IMG/VR virus record: IMGVR_UViG_3300030106_004741
Span: 1 to 62,378 of that record
Origin: a virus
Lineage: Duplodnaviria; Caudoviricetes
Strand: one strand, 5' to 3'
Length of the DNA: 62,378 nt
Made by a program: the position numbers and the translations under genes. This document shows positions 28,180-38,478 of the stretch, one piece after another. Positions within the stretch are counted from its first letter, which is position 1. Every line of letters starts with the position of its first letter. A model generated the notes under the pieces. The model saw only the letters and a program-made list of their open reading frames with translations. It ran no database searches and was not told the origin of the DNA.

Positions 28180-29208
28180 ATGATAAACGAAGCAAGACAA
28201 TCGGTATTAGCATTTCTTAATAAGAATAACTATGGGTATATACCACCTGCAGATTTTAACCTATTTGCATATCAAGCTCAGTTAGATGTTTTTGAAGATT
28301 ATTTTTATCAATATAATTATCAAATAAACAAAGAAAACGCTCGGCAATCAGGAACGGGTTATGCCAATTTAAAAGAGGGGTTAGAGGAGGTTTTAGACAT
28401 GTTTACTGAAACAGTTCCCTTACTTCCTGTAACAAATTTTGCAAACCCACAAGTGCAACCCCTTACCAATAGGTGGAGGTTACCTAATAATTATTATCTT
28501 CTTTTAGAGTTATACCACTATTGTACTACTTTAGCTTCAGGTACATGTGAAGATGGAGATGAGTACACTTTAAACGATGCTACCGCAGATTTTATTAGTG
28601 CAGGTGTTCAGGTGGGAGATTATGTTTATAGAACAGATGAATTAAATAATATAGGTTTATACAACATAACATCTGTAAATAGTGCAACACAACTTGGTGT
28701 TAATTGGGATGAGTTTAATGGTACTTTTCATTATCGTGTAGTAAAGGCAAATTCGTCTGCCGAATTAGATAAAGTTACACCAAGTAAATTAACAAGAATG
28801 TTAAGGTCTAATTTAACTAGTCCTACATGTTCTTTTCCTATTTATACTATTGGACAGGAAACAGGAAAGGTAATTCAAAATACAAACGGTGTTGGTGTAA
28901 ATTTTCAAAACAATGATGGTTCTTACGTTAGTTGTTATCCTCAAGAAGTTTTTCAAACAAGCGCAGGACCTATGTGTAGATATGTAAGATATCCTTTAGC
29001 ACCACAATGGACATGGAACACTCTTACTAATGGTGAACCTGTTTTTGATGAAACAGCTACCGACTATCAAGATTTTGAACTACCTGAATCTGACTATCAA
29101 GATTTAGTAACTCGTATTTTACAATACGCAGGAGTGTCTATAAGAGAATTAGAAGTATATAAGTTTGGGCAAACCCAAGAAAATCAAACAGAACAAAGTG
29201 AAAAATAA
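28180..29208 (+). CDS. Tail ring/adaptor (tubular) protein
   Basis: Helical N- and C-termini (NKNNYGYI..FN..A..AQ; ILQYAGVSIRE); position in the tail module. Confidence 0.65.
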   Translation: MINEARQSVLAFLNKNNYGYIPPADFNLFAYQAQLDVFEDYFYQYNYQINKENARQSGTGYANLKEGLEEVLDMFTETVPLLPVTNFANPQVQPLTNRWRLPNNYYLLLELYHYCTTLASGTCEDGDEYTLNDATADFISAGVQVGDYVYRTDELNNIGLYNITSVNSATQLGVNWDEFNGTFHYRVVKANSSAELDKVTPSKLTRMLRSNLTSPTCSFPIYTIGQETGKVIQNTNGVGVNFQNNDGSYVSCYPQEVFQTSAGPMCRYVRYPLAPQWTWNTLTNGEPVFDETATDYQDFELPESDYQDLVTRILQYAGVSIRELEVYKFGQTQENQTEQSEK

Positions 29209-30131
29209 TGGCATATATATCGCAATTTACATATTACACTAATAATAATAACATCCCTGAAGATGCAAATTGGGGTTCATATCAGTATGTTACATTAAAA
29301 GAAATAGTAAATAATTTTTCTTTAATGTATAGTGGTAATCAATCTATGATAAACAACACTTCAAGGTACAAGATATTATTCCATGCCAAAAGAGGAATAC
29401 AGGAATTAAACTACGATGCTTTTAAGGAAATTAAAGTATTAGAACTTCCTGTTCCAAGTGATTGTAGGTTTATATTGCCCTCAGATTATGTAAATTGGGT
29501 AAGAATATCTATGTATAAAGATGGATGTTTACGACCTTTAACTGAAAATATTCAGGTAAATTCGGCATTAACATATCTACAAGATAATAATGAGAACATA
29601 TTGTTTGACCAAGATGGAAATGCTTTAAGTCCTCAGTTTTCCCAACTAGACATTGAAAGAATTAAAGGAACAAAAAAAAGTATATACCTAAATAAAAATA
29701 ATCCTTTTAATGGAGCGGAAGGTTATAATTACAATGGGGGATGGTATTTTGATTACTCGATAGGGGCAAGATATGGATTAAACACAGAAACGGCTAATAT
29801 AAATCCTACTTTTAGAATTGATAAAAAAGGAGGGGTAATTAACTTTGATTCTACTATGGCTAATGAATTATGTGTATTAGAATATGTTTCAGACGGAATG
29901 GAGGGAGGTAATAACGATGAAATAAGTGTAAATAAATTATTTGAAGATTATATATATGCTTATATAAAATACGCGCTTTTAAACAATAAATTTGGAGTGC
30001 AAGAATATATGATAAATAGAGCCCGAAAAGATAAGACAGCTTTACTACGAAATGCTAAAATTAGAATTAGCAATATACATCCAGGAAGACTTCTTATGAA
30101 TTTAAGAGGGCGAGATAAATGGATAAAATAA
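29208..30131 (+). CDS. Tail ring/tubular protein
   Basis: LPSDYVNWVRIS; coupled to tail genes. Confidence 0.65.
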   Translation: MAYISQFTYYTNNNNIPEDANWGSYQYVTLKEIVNNFSLMYSGNQSMINNTSRYKILFHAKRGIQELNYDAFKEIKVLELPVPSDCRFILPSDYVNWVRISMYKDGCLRPLTENIQVNSALTYLQDNNENILFDQDGNALSPQFSQLDIERIKGTKKSIYLNKNNPFNGAEGYNYNGGWYFDYSIGARYGLNTETANINPTFRIDKKGGVINFDSTMANELCVLEYVSDGMEGGNNDEISVNKLFEDYIYAYIKYALLNNKFGVQEYMINRARKDKTALLRNAKIRISNIHPGRLLMNLRGRDKWIK

Positions 30132-30132
30132 A

Positions 30133-33100
30133 ATGCCTAAACTAACACGAAATTTTACAAAAGGAATTATGAATAGGGTGGTAGACCAACGCCTTATTCC
30201 TAATGGGGAATATATTTCTGCTATAAATGTTAGATTGGGTTCAACTGAGTTGTCTGAAATAGGTTCATTAGAAAACTCTAAAGGAAATTCTAAACTTACC
30301 TCATTGTCTTATGGTTCAACCGAAGGTACACTTTTAGCTTCAGGAGTAACTACAGGAGAAAGTGTGGCAGGAGATATTGTCTATGATAATACTGCAACTT
30401 TTATTGCCGACACAGTGCAAAGTGGTTTAGGTCAAATTGCAACTAACACGACTACAGGACAATCTGCTACTGTAGACGGGACTGTAACTGACACAGAAGC
30501 ACCCTTAAGTTCATCAATATTTGGAACAGGAACATTAGGAAATTCTTATGAAATAAGAACAGCCACTATCCCTAATTATTTAAGTAATGACGCAGTGTGT
30601 ATTGGGGCTTATGAAGATGGAGGTAGAGAAACTATGTATTGGTTTGTTCATGACCCAAGTTTTTCTTTTAGTACTACAGGTGTTTTAGATTTAGTTGTTT
30701 CTTATCACACACCTTCAGGAACAGTAGCGTATCACCTTGTTAGTGTTGATGATGGCACAGGAGCTCGTTCTACACTTAATTTCAACCCTCAATATACAAT
30801 AACAGGTGTAGATATGGTGAGTTTAGGAGGAGGTTCAATAGATTGTGGGCCAAGACAAATGTTGTTTTGGACAGATGATTACAACCCTCCTAGAAGAATA
30901 AATGTAGATAAAGGGTATTCTCCCCCTAATGCTGGATATGTAGACCAATTTACTGCAGAATCTATTATGGTTATTAAAAAACCACCTGCACAATCTCCTA
31001 TTGTAATTACAGATGATACGGGAGGTGACCAAAATTATATGGAGGACAGATTCTTGTGTTTTGCATATAGGTATAAATATGAAGACGGGGAGTATTCAGC
31101 AACCTCACAGTTCAGTTCTCCCGCTTTTCTTCCTAATTTATTTTTATTTAGTCCTAATAGTTTTTTAAACGAGGGGATGGTAAACATACACAATCAGGCA
31201 GACATAACTTTTAACACAGGAGGACCATTGGTAGTAGCTATTGATTTATTGTTTAAAGATGCCGATAACAGCACGATTAAAGTTATTGAAAAAATAAACA
31301 AAGCAGAAATGGGTTATGGTGATAATCAAGATGTCACATTTGCTTTTAACAATAGTAAAATTTTCACCGTACTACCTGAAGCAGAAATTTTAAGATTATA
31401 TGATAACGTCCCTAGATTTGCAAAAGCTCAAACTTTAATGGGAAATAGATTAATGTATGGTAATTATGTGGAAGGATATGATTTGATTGATAACACAGGA
31501 CAAGCCCTAAGGTTGGATTATCAAGCTATATTAAGGTCACAGAACTTAGGGTTTTATAGTTTAACCACAAGCACGAGTCTTACTACTTATAATCTTCCTG
31601 GAGAACCGGCTAATATTGTTTCAAATATTGGTCTTGCAGTAGACTTTTCAGATTTACCAGGACCAATGACGGCGGGTTCTGTTTTAGAGTTTAATCTAAC
31701 TTTCCAACATGATTCTTTTACGAGTAATACAGTTACCGCTCTACCTCAAATACCTTTTACTGTTACTTTTCTTTATGTTTTACCTCAAGATTTTGCGAAT
31801 GCTTATGAACTAGGAATCTTTCCCGATTTTGTGGAAAAAGTAGAAAATTTAGCCCCCGTTTATAGTGCTACTGACCCCACTTCTTGTAGTTTTACAACTT
31901 TTACAGATGAGTTCTACTGTGCAGCTTCGGCGGCTTTAAATGCTACATGTACCACACCCAACTGTGTGCCTGATAATAGTGTAACAAAGTATGCAGGTGC
32001 AATAAACTCTGTTCCTACTGTACCTCCGTTTTCTCAAGGTATATTTATGAATGCTTATCCCGCCAATGTTAATCAGTTAACCTTTTTGTTTCCTGCAGTT
32101 TTATATGTGGGAGATGTAAATAATCCAAATACATCCGCTAATGTGTGGGAATACTTTTCTATTACTAGTTCGGCTGTTGATTATGCCGAAGGGGGTATTC
32201 CTCCAAGTTTACATAGTGATAGAGGATATGAAGTGGGAATTGTTTATATGGATGAATTTAATAGAAGTACTACAGCTCTTGTAAGTGATACTAACACTAT
32301 TCATGTTCCGTGTGCTGCCTCAGATTTAAAAAATAACATTAGAGTTGAAATACCTGACACTCAGGTTGCACCTATTTGGGCTCATCGATATAAATTTGTA
32401 GTAAAACCTGATAAAGAAAATTATGATACTATCTATAGTTTAGTGGTTTATTCTGACCCTGCAACTGATTCTGATTATATATTATTAGATGGAGAAAATG
32501 CTAGAAAAGTACAGGAGGGAGATAGATTAACGGTAAAAACAGATGCAGACGGACCTATTAATCAGTGTATTGAGGTTACTGTTTTAGAAAAAAAGGCACA
32601 AGAAAACAACTTTATTACTATCTATGAAGACGATGGGGTAACCCAAATACCTGTTCCCGCAGGAGTATATATGAAGATAAAGGCAAAAGATTTTAATATT
32701 CAAACACCTCAAAACAATATCTTACTACCAGGGCAAGAAAGTGATACTCAAGGAGGGTCTTCAGGTAGCCCCACTGATTGTGCTTATATATCTCAATATC
32801 CTGATGGATGGATGTGGGGAAGTACGGTAGCTGAAGGATTTTCTTATGATGATGGTGGAACTTGGGTAGATATTCCTATACCTTTAGGTAGTTCCATAAG
32901 AATAAGATTTATATGGAAAAGAACAGGAGGTTCAGGTGGTAGTGGATGTTCATGTGAAAAAAGAGAAGCAACTTTAGATAAAACATTTGTTGTAAACGAT
33001 AATTATAATAGTGTATATGATTGGTGGATGGGAGATAATATCGCATCTCAGGTAAATGGACAAGATAATTTTACTACTGTAGACTTAGGGTGTCCTGCCG

Positions 33101-35262
33101 AAAATTGTCCTATATCTAATTTGTTTTTAGATGCAGGAACGGGACTTCCTTTTACGAGTGCTTCAATACCTTGTGAAGGTTGCACCAATTATATGAGGTT
33201 TTATAAAGCTAGTCCCACTGACCCTTTATACTTTGGTATAACAGGAACAAAAAAATGTAGTGGTGCGGGGTTGTCGAAAAACAAGAGGTCGACTGTGAAA
33301 GTTACTTTTGAAATATATTTAGCGGGAGATGCATTAACTTTTGAAACACAACCCACAGATGCTTTACCTGATGTTTGGTATGAAAATGGAACATCTTACG
33401 GTATTGACAGAAGTGATGGTTCACATTTAGGAAATTTAGCCCGATTCCCCAATAACGTAAGTCAAGACATTACCACAGGAGTTACGGGAATAATTGATTT
33501 AGATTTCTTTAATTGTTATTCATTTGGTAATGGGGCGGAAAGTTATAAAATAAGAGATTCTATAACAGCGAGAACTTTTAATCTAGGGAATAGAGTTACC
33601 TCCACTTCCTCACAAGATTATGGTGAAGCTGACAGATTTGCCGACATTACATATAGTGGTGTTATAAACGATGAAAGTAATGTTAATAAACTAAACGAGT
33701 TTAATTTAGGATTGTTAAACTTTAAACCCCTAGAAGATTCTTTTGGACCTATATTTATATTGTCGGGTAGAAAGACAGATGTTTTAGTGCTTCAAGAAGA
33801 TAAAATATCTTATGTTTTGGCAGGTAAAAATCTATTGTCTGATGCGGCAGCGGGAGGTGCAGTAACATCTGTTCCTGAAGTTTTAGGAACACAAATTGCT
33901 AGAGAAGAAGAATATGGTATTAGTCAAAATCCTGAAAGTTTTTGTGTTTATGGATATGATAAATACTTTACGGATGCTAAGAGAGGAGCGGTAATTCAGT
34001 TAAAAGGAGGAGGGCAAAATGAAAAACTTACTATTATATCAGACCACAATATGCGTTCATGGTTTAGAGATTTGTTTATAGATGACGGACACGCAAACAC
34101 TCAAAAACTAGGAGGTTTTGACCCTTATATGAATGAATTTGTTTTATCTTCTAACAATAGAGGAATACCAATAGAAGGAGAGTGTTTTGAATGTGACACG
34201 TTAAGGGGAATTGATTTAAGTTTAGTTTCTCCTGTAACTTTAAATTTTGAGTTAGGAACAACGATTGGTGAGGTAACAGTTAATTTTACTGTTATTTCTC
34301 CTATAATGAACTTTGGTTATAATGCCTATTGGAACAATACACTCGTCGCTACGGGGTCAGAACTTAATGCTATAGCGGGTAGTCAATATACCTTTAGTTT
34401 TGACAAAACATTAGTTAATCCTTCTTTATTAACCATCGTTATAAGTGGTTCGGAAGTTGGTGGATTAGGGGGAGTAATGGAGTGGTATGTAGCTTGTCCT
34501 GTTCCTACAGAAATAACTGTTATTCAAGTATGTTTAACTAACCCTGGAGAAATGGGTTCAACTATTCATAATCAAACACGATGGAACAGTGGAGCGTTTA
34601 CATCAGTGTGGTTACCTGCAAGTTCTACACCTCCTGTCACATTTGGTCCTGGACCATCTCCTGTTGTTTCTCAATATGATGTAACTACAGGGCCTCAAGG
34701 TTTCGGTGGTATACCATTAAACGGTTCAACAGTGGGGTTATATACAAGAGTAATTGGTTCAGATGATTTTGTTTTTGACCCATCTGCAGATAAATACTAT
34801 TGGTTGAGAAGTGCTACGTTATATGATAATAATACAACAGATATAAACGCCTTAATGGCGATTGTAGAGGCAGATGTAAGTCAACCATTAACCATTGACT
34901 CCACTTTAGCTCCTGGACAATACTCGGGAACATTTACAATGCCTACTAACAATTTACAGTATTTATATTTGATATATGATTACCGAAGTTCACAGGAAAT
35001 ATCTTTGTGTCATGATACGGTATTATTTGAAGTGTGTTGTAATTGTAATTGTGTGGCAGGACAATGTACGAAATATAGAATAAATTGGATTGCAGGACCT
35101 ACAACGAATGTTACTTACACTAGTTGTTCAGGAACGTCTGAGTTAGAAATATTATATGAAGGGCTTAATATAGAAATTTGTGTGCAATCAGGCAATATTC
35201 CTGTAATTCAAGACCCGAGCACTGTTGTAGAACAACTAGTAATACAATGTAATTGTACTTAA
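30133..35262 (+). CDS. Tail stabilisation/nozzle protein
   Basis: 1709 aa; FWTD.YNPPRRIN, FAYRYKY.DGEYS, GNRLMYGNY and YGISQNPES motifs of podovirus stabilisation proteins. Confidence 0.75.
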   Translation: MPKLTRNFTKGIMNRVVDQRLIPNGEYISAINVRLGSTELSEIGSLENSKGNSKLTSLSYGSTEGTLLASGVTTGESVAGDIVYDNTATFIADTVQSGLGQIATNTTTGQSATVDGTVTDTEAPLSSSIFGTGTLGNSYEIRTATIPNYLSNDAVCIGAYEDGGRETMYWFVHDPSFSFSTTGVLDLVVSYHTPSGTVAYHLVSVDDGTGARSTLNFNPQYTITGVDMVSLGGGSIDCGPRQMLFWTDDYNPPRRINVDKGYSPPNAGYVDQFTAESIMVIKKPPAQSPIVITDDTGGDQNYMEDRFLCFAYRYKYEDGEYSATSQFSSPAFLPNLFLFSPNSFLNEGMVNIHNQADITFNTGGPLVVAIDLLFKDADNSTIKVIEKINKAEMGYGDNQDVTFAFNNSKIFTVLPEAEILRLYDNVPRFAKAQTLMGNRLMYGNYVEGYDLIDNTGQALRLDYQAILRSQNLGFYSLTTSTSLTTYNLPGEPANIVSNIGLAVDFSDLPGPMTAGSVLEFNLTFQHDSFTSNTVTALPQIPFTVTFLYVLPQDFANAYELGIFPDFVEKVENLAPVYSATDPTSCSFTTFTDEFYCAASAALNATCTTPNCVPDNSVTKYAGAINSVPTVPPFSQGIFMNAYPANVNQLTFLFPAVLYVGDVNNPNTSANVWEYFSITSSAVDYAEGGIPPSLHSDRGYEVGIVYMDEFNRSTTALVSDTNTIHVPCAASDLKNNIRVEIPDTQVAPIWAHRYKFVVKPDKENYDTIYSLVVYSDPATDSDYILLDGENARKVQEGDRLTVKTDADGPINQCIEVTVLEKKAQENNFITIYEDDGVTQIPVPAGVYMKIKAKDFNIQTPQNNILLPGQESDTQGGSSGSPTDCAYISQYPDGWMWGSTVAEGFSYDDGGTWVDIPIPLGSSIRIRFIWKRTGGSGGSGCSCEKREATLDKTFVVNDNYNSVYDWWMGDNIASQVNGQDNFTTVDLGCPAENCPISNLFLDAGTGLPFTSASIPCEGCTNYMRFYKASPTDPLYFGITGTKKCSGAGLSKNKRSTVKVTFEIYLAGDALTFETQPTDALPDVWYENGTSYGIDRSDGSHLGNLARFPNNVSQDITTGVTGIIDLDFFNCYSFGNGAESYKIRDSITARTFNLGNRVTSTSSQDYGEADRFADITYSGVINDESNVNKLNEFNLGLLNFKPLEDSFGPIFILSGRKTDVLVLQEDKISYVLAGKNLLSDAAAGGAVTSVPEVLGTQIAREEEYGISQNPESFCVYGYDKYFTDAKRGAVIQLKGGGQNEKLTIISDHNMRSWFRDLFIDDGHANTQKLGGFDPYMNEFVLSSNNRGIPIEGECFECDTLRGIDLSLVSPVTLNFELGTTIGEVTVNFTVISPIMNFGYNAYWNNTLVATGSELNAIAGSQYTFSFDKTLVNPSLLTIVISGSEVGGLGGVMEWYVACPVPTEITVIQVCLTNPGEMGSTIHNQTRWNSGAFTSVWLPASSTPPVTFGPGPSPVVSQYDVTTGPQGFGGIPLNGSTVGLYTRVIGSDDFVFDPSADKYYWLRSATLYDNNTTDINALMAIVEADVSQPLTIDSTLAPGQYSGTFTMPTNNLQYLYLIYDYRSSQEISLCHDTVLFEVCCNCNCVAGQCTKYRINWIAGPTTNVTYTSCSGTSELEILYEGLNIEICVQSGNIPVIQDPSTVVEQLVIQCNCT

Positions 35263-35279
35263 CCTTAAAAATTTAAATT

Positions 35280-36365
35280 ATGCCAACTTTTGGAAGTTAT
35301 TATATAGACGGAAACAATTTTTTTCAAGCCACAGGTGTTTGGACAAACCCTCAATTAACAACATGTGCTCCTGAAGGATATTATTCTGACGGAACAAATG
35401 TAAGATATTTAGATGCTTCGTGTGTCTTGGGAAGTGTGACTCCATGTCCCTCGTGTTATATACCTTGTGGTTCAGATATTAATGTAGATGAAGACAATGC
35501 ACCTGGAAACTATAGAATGCAGTTTTCCACAGGAGGAGATGTGGGGGCAATGATGGTTTATTTTAACCCCGCTAATTTACCTGATGGTATTAGAGTGACT
35601 TATCAAAGTACGGTTTATAATTATTATTCAAGTGCAAGGTATGGAAAGTTATGGGATTATAATACTCCCGTAATAGGTTCAGGAGAAATTATGTTTGTGG
35701 GTACAACAGGTCAGTCGGGGTGTGATGGAGCTCCTGGTTTGCTTCCTGTAGGATTACAGGCTGCACCTCCTGCGGCAAATTCTACTTGTCCTGCACCTGA
35801 TTGTGGTGGCCAATATGGTCCTGGAGGCATGGGTGAGGTTAGGGTTTATGATAATGCCACTAATAGTTTTCAATTAAGCACAGAAACCACTTCATGGTTT
35901 GTGGGGGCTTCGATGAATAAACTAACTCCTCTTTGTCCTACTATGTGTGGTGTAGTTGTTCCTATACTAACTGCCTCAGCTGATGAAGTGGTAGTAGATG
36001 TTTTTGGGTGTTGTGATAATACGGGTTGGGATGCAAAGATAACCTGTCCAACTTTATTGACAGGAATAAGCTTTACAGGATATGCAGCTACAAACTTTAC
36101 AGACGCTTGTAACGACACATCAAATACAGGAACTCTTTATAACGCACCCATAGGAACATTTGGAGGAGGAACAAATTGTATGGTAAATTGGAATGAGGGG
36201 ACTTACGGTTCTCCTGGAATTAATGATTTAATGTTTCAAGGTCCTAACGGACCGTATGGGCAAGGGAATGTTACCTTCGATGGTTTTTATAAATATCCTG
36301 AAGGTGGTATAGATAAATATATAGAAATAATTGACAATGTTGTTGTCAGTGCAGGAAACTGTTAA
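35280..36365 (+). CDS. Cys/Gly-rich tail-associated protein
   Basis: Beta-rich, many Cys; within the tail module. Confidence 0.65.
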   Translation: MPTFGSYYIDGNNFFQATGVWTNPQLTTCAPEGYYSDGTNVRYLDASCVLGSVTPCPSCYIPCGSDINVDEDNAPGNYRMQFSTGGDVGAMMVYFNPANLPDGIRVTYQSTVYNYYSSARYGKLWDYNTPVIGSGEIMFVGTTGQSGCDGAPGLLPVGLQAAPPAANSTCPAPDCGGQYGPGGMGEVRVYDNATNSFQLSTETTSWFVGASMNKLTPLCPTMCGVVVPILTASADEVVVDVFGCCDNTGWDAKITCPTLLTGISFTGYAATNFTDACNDTSNTGTLYNAPIGTFGGGTNCMVNWNEGTYGSPGINDLMFQGPNGPYGQGNVTFDGFYKYPEGGIDKYIEIIDNVVVSAGNC

Positions 36366-36377
36366 AATAAAAAAAAT

Positions 36378-37367
36378 ATGGCATTTGACGCAAATTATAC
36401 ATTAACCCACAGTGAGTCGGCAACAGGTTGGCCTTCTTACTACACTTATTATCCTGATTGGATAAAAGGCATGAATAATTATTTATACACTTGGAAAGGT
36501 GGAGATTTATATCGTCATAACACTAACAATACGCGAAATAATTATTATGGTACTCAAGATTGGAGTATAGTTACTAGTGTAGTTAACGATGAGGTTTTAG
36601 AAAACAAAATATTTAAAACGATAGCTTTTCAAAGTAACCAAGCTTGGTTTGTGCTATCTGCAGCTACAGATACTATGGGGGGTGGTACAGGCACTCCGTC
36701 ACAAACGACTGTTAGTGCTTCTATTAACCCAGATTGGTTTGAATTAAAAGAGGGAGTTTGGTATGCTTATCTTCGTTACAACAATGCTAGTGCCTCAAGT
36801 ATGGACCAAGACATTAGAACAACTCAAGGAATTATTAACGTGCTGTTTTTACCGGGAGCGGGTCTTCCTAATAATTGGGACACGACTATACCTACAGGTG
36901 TAATTATTGCCCTTGCACGCCCAACTCTATCTGGTAGAGGTAATCAAGCTGAGGGTTATGTTTCTTATGTTCAAGCACCCCCTGTGTATGGAAATGTTTC
37001 AGTGGGAGATTCTATATTTGTAAAAAGTAGTATAGGTGGAGTAGAGTATTTTATAGGAACAGTAACAGCCCTACATAACAAGGTAAATCCTGTAGATATA
37101 GAAGGTGGTTCGGCGGTATTTAGTCAAAATCAACCTGAGTTTTACAACTTCTGTGATGCTATTGTAGTAGATAATACCGTTTTAGGTGCAACAGCCGTCC
37201 CTGCAACTAGTCAAGCAATGTCGGGGGACTTGTATTACGCTAAAAACAATCAAGCTAATTCCACAGGATTAGTAGGTCATTATTTAGAGTTTACAATACT
37301 AGATTTCTCTAGTTCCCCAAGTGAATTGTTTGCAGTTCAAAGCGATGTAATGAAAAGTTATCCATAA
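36378..37367 (+). CDS. Tail protein (resembles a separated C-terminal part of the stabilisation protein)
   Basis: GWPSYYTY.PD, KIFKTI, KEGVWYA. Confidence 0.65.
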   Translation: MAFDANYTLTHSESATGWPSYYTYYPDWIKGMNNYLYTWKGGDLYRHNTNNTRNNYYGTQDWSIVTSVVNDEVLENKIFKTIAFQSNQAWFVLSAATDTMGGGTGTPSQTTVSASINPDWFELKEGVWYAYLRYNNASASSMDQDIRTTQGIINVLFLPGAGLPNNWDTTIPTGVIIALARPTLSGRGNQAEGYVSYVQAPPVYGNVSVGDSIFVKSSIGGVEYFIGTVTALHNKVNPVDIEGGSAVFSQNQPEFYNFCDAIVVDNTVLGATAVPATSQAMSGDLYYAKNNQANSTGLVGHYLEFTILDFSSSPSELFAVQSDVMKSYP

Positions 37368-37388
37368 AATTACTATCTTTGTAGGGAA

Positions 37389-37799
37389 ATGACATTTAAT
37401 ATAAAACCATTAAAAAGTACAGACTACGAAGAGGTGTTAATAGATTGGTGGAAAGATTGGGGGTGGACACCTCCTGTTAAGGATTTTTTACCTGATAATG
37501 GTAAGGGGGGAATTATGGTATACGATAAAGATATTCCTGTATGTGCAGGATTTGTTTATAATACAAACTCTAAAGTAGCTTGGGTAGATTGGATTATTTC
37601 TAATCGTAATTATAGAAAAACCCCTGAACGAAAAGATGCTATAAATTTGTTAATAGAAACTTTAACAAATGTATGTAAAAATTTAGGGAATAAATATAGT
37701 TATGCTTTGATAAAGCATGATAGACTAATTAAGTGTTATGAAAAGGTAGGATATGAAAAGGGAGATGTGTATAATAAAGAGATGATAAAAGTTTTATAA
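37389..37799 (+). CDS. GNAT-fold protein preceding the internal virion proteins
   Basis: PVCAGF, AWVDWIISN, YEKVGY; own promoter box at 37374. Confidence 0.65.
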   Translation: MTFNIKPLKSTDYEEVLIDWWKDWGWTPPVKDFLPDNGKGGIMVYDKDIPVCAGFVYNTNSKVAWVDWIISNRNYRKTPERKDAINLLIETLTNVCKNLGNKYSYALIKHDRLIKCYEKVGYEKGDVYNKEMIKVL

Positions 37800-37800
37800 T

Positions 37801-38460
37801 ATGGCTATAGCAACAAGTACAGCATTGACAGTGGCAAGTGTGGCGGCAACGGCAGCTTCTACGGCAGGTTCTTTTATTCAGGCAAACAAACAAAAAAAAC
37901 TTCAACAAAAAGCTGAGTCGGAGGCCAAAAGAGCAATGGACCAAGCAAGAGGTAAACTTGATGTTAATTTTTATGATGCACTTTCTGTTGACTTAACACC
38001 GTATGAGTTAGAACGAGAGGCATTACTATCTCAAGGAGCACAACTGCAACAGGCAGCAGTAGAAGGAGAAGAGAGAGGGGCAGCTGCAAGTGCAGGTAAA
38101 ATTCTTGCATCTCAACAAAAAGCTCAACAAGATGTTACAAAACGAATGAGTAAAGAGTTGTCCGATTTAGAAAAAATGTCTGCAAAAGAAGATAGTAGAT
38201 TAAGAGATGTTGGAGTCCAAATAGATTTAGAAGAAGCCGCAGGGGCTCAACAAGCAGCAGCCGATGCACAAAAAGCAAGGGCAGCCGCAATACAACAAGG
38301 TTTTGAAGGTTTAACAAGTCTTGCAAGTCAAGGGCTAGAGGCAGCTCCATTATTTGGTAAGGGTGGTGCAGATGCCACTCCTACCCCTGTTAATGTAACG
38401 GGTCCAGGTAGTGGAAATAATAATCAAATAACCGATAATGTCGAGGGTTGGGGAGATTAA
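37801..38460 (+). CDS. Internal virion/ejection protein (small)
   Basis: Ala-rich hydrophobic N-terminus and A/Q-rich coiled coil. Confidence 0.7.
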   Translation: MAIATSTALTVASVAATAASTAGSFIQANKQKKLQQKAESEAKRAMDQARGKLDVNFYDALSVDLTPYELEREALLSQGAQLQQAAVEGEERGAAASAGKILASQQKAQQDVTKRMSKELSDLEKMSAKEDSRLRDVGVQIDLEEAAGAQQAAADAQKARAAAIQQGFEGLTSLASQGLEAAPLFGKGGADATPTPVNVTGPGSGNNNQITDNVEGWGD

Positions 38461-38478
38461 TAATTAATAATAAAAAGT

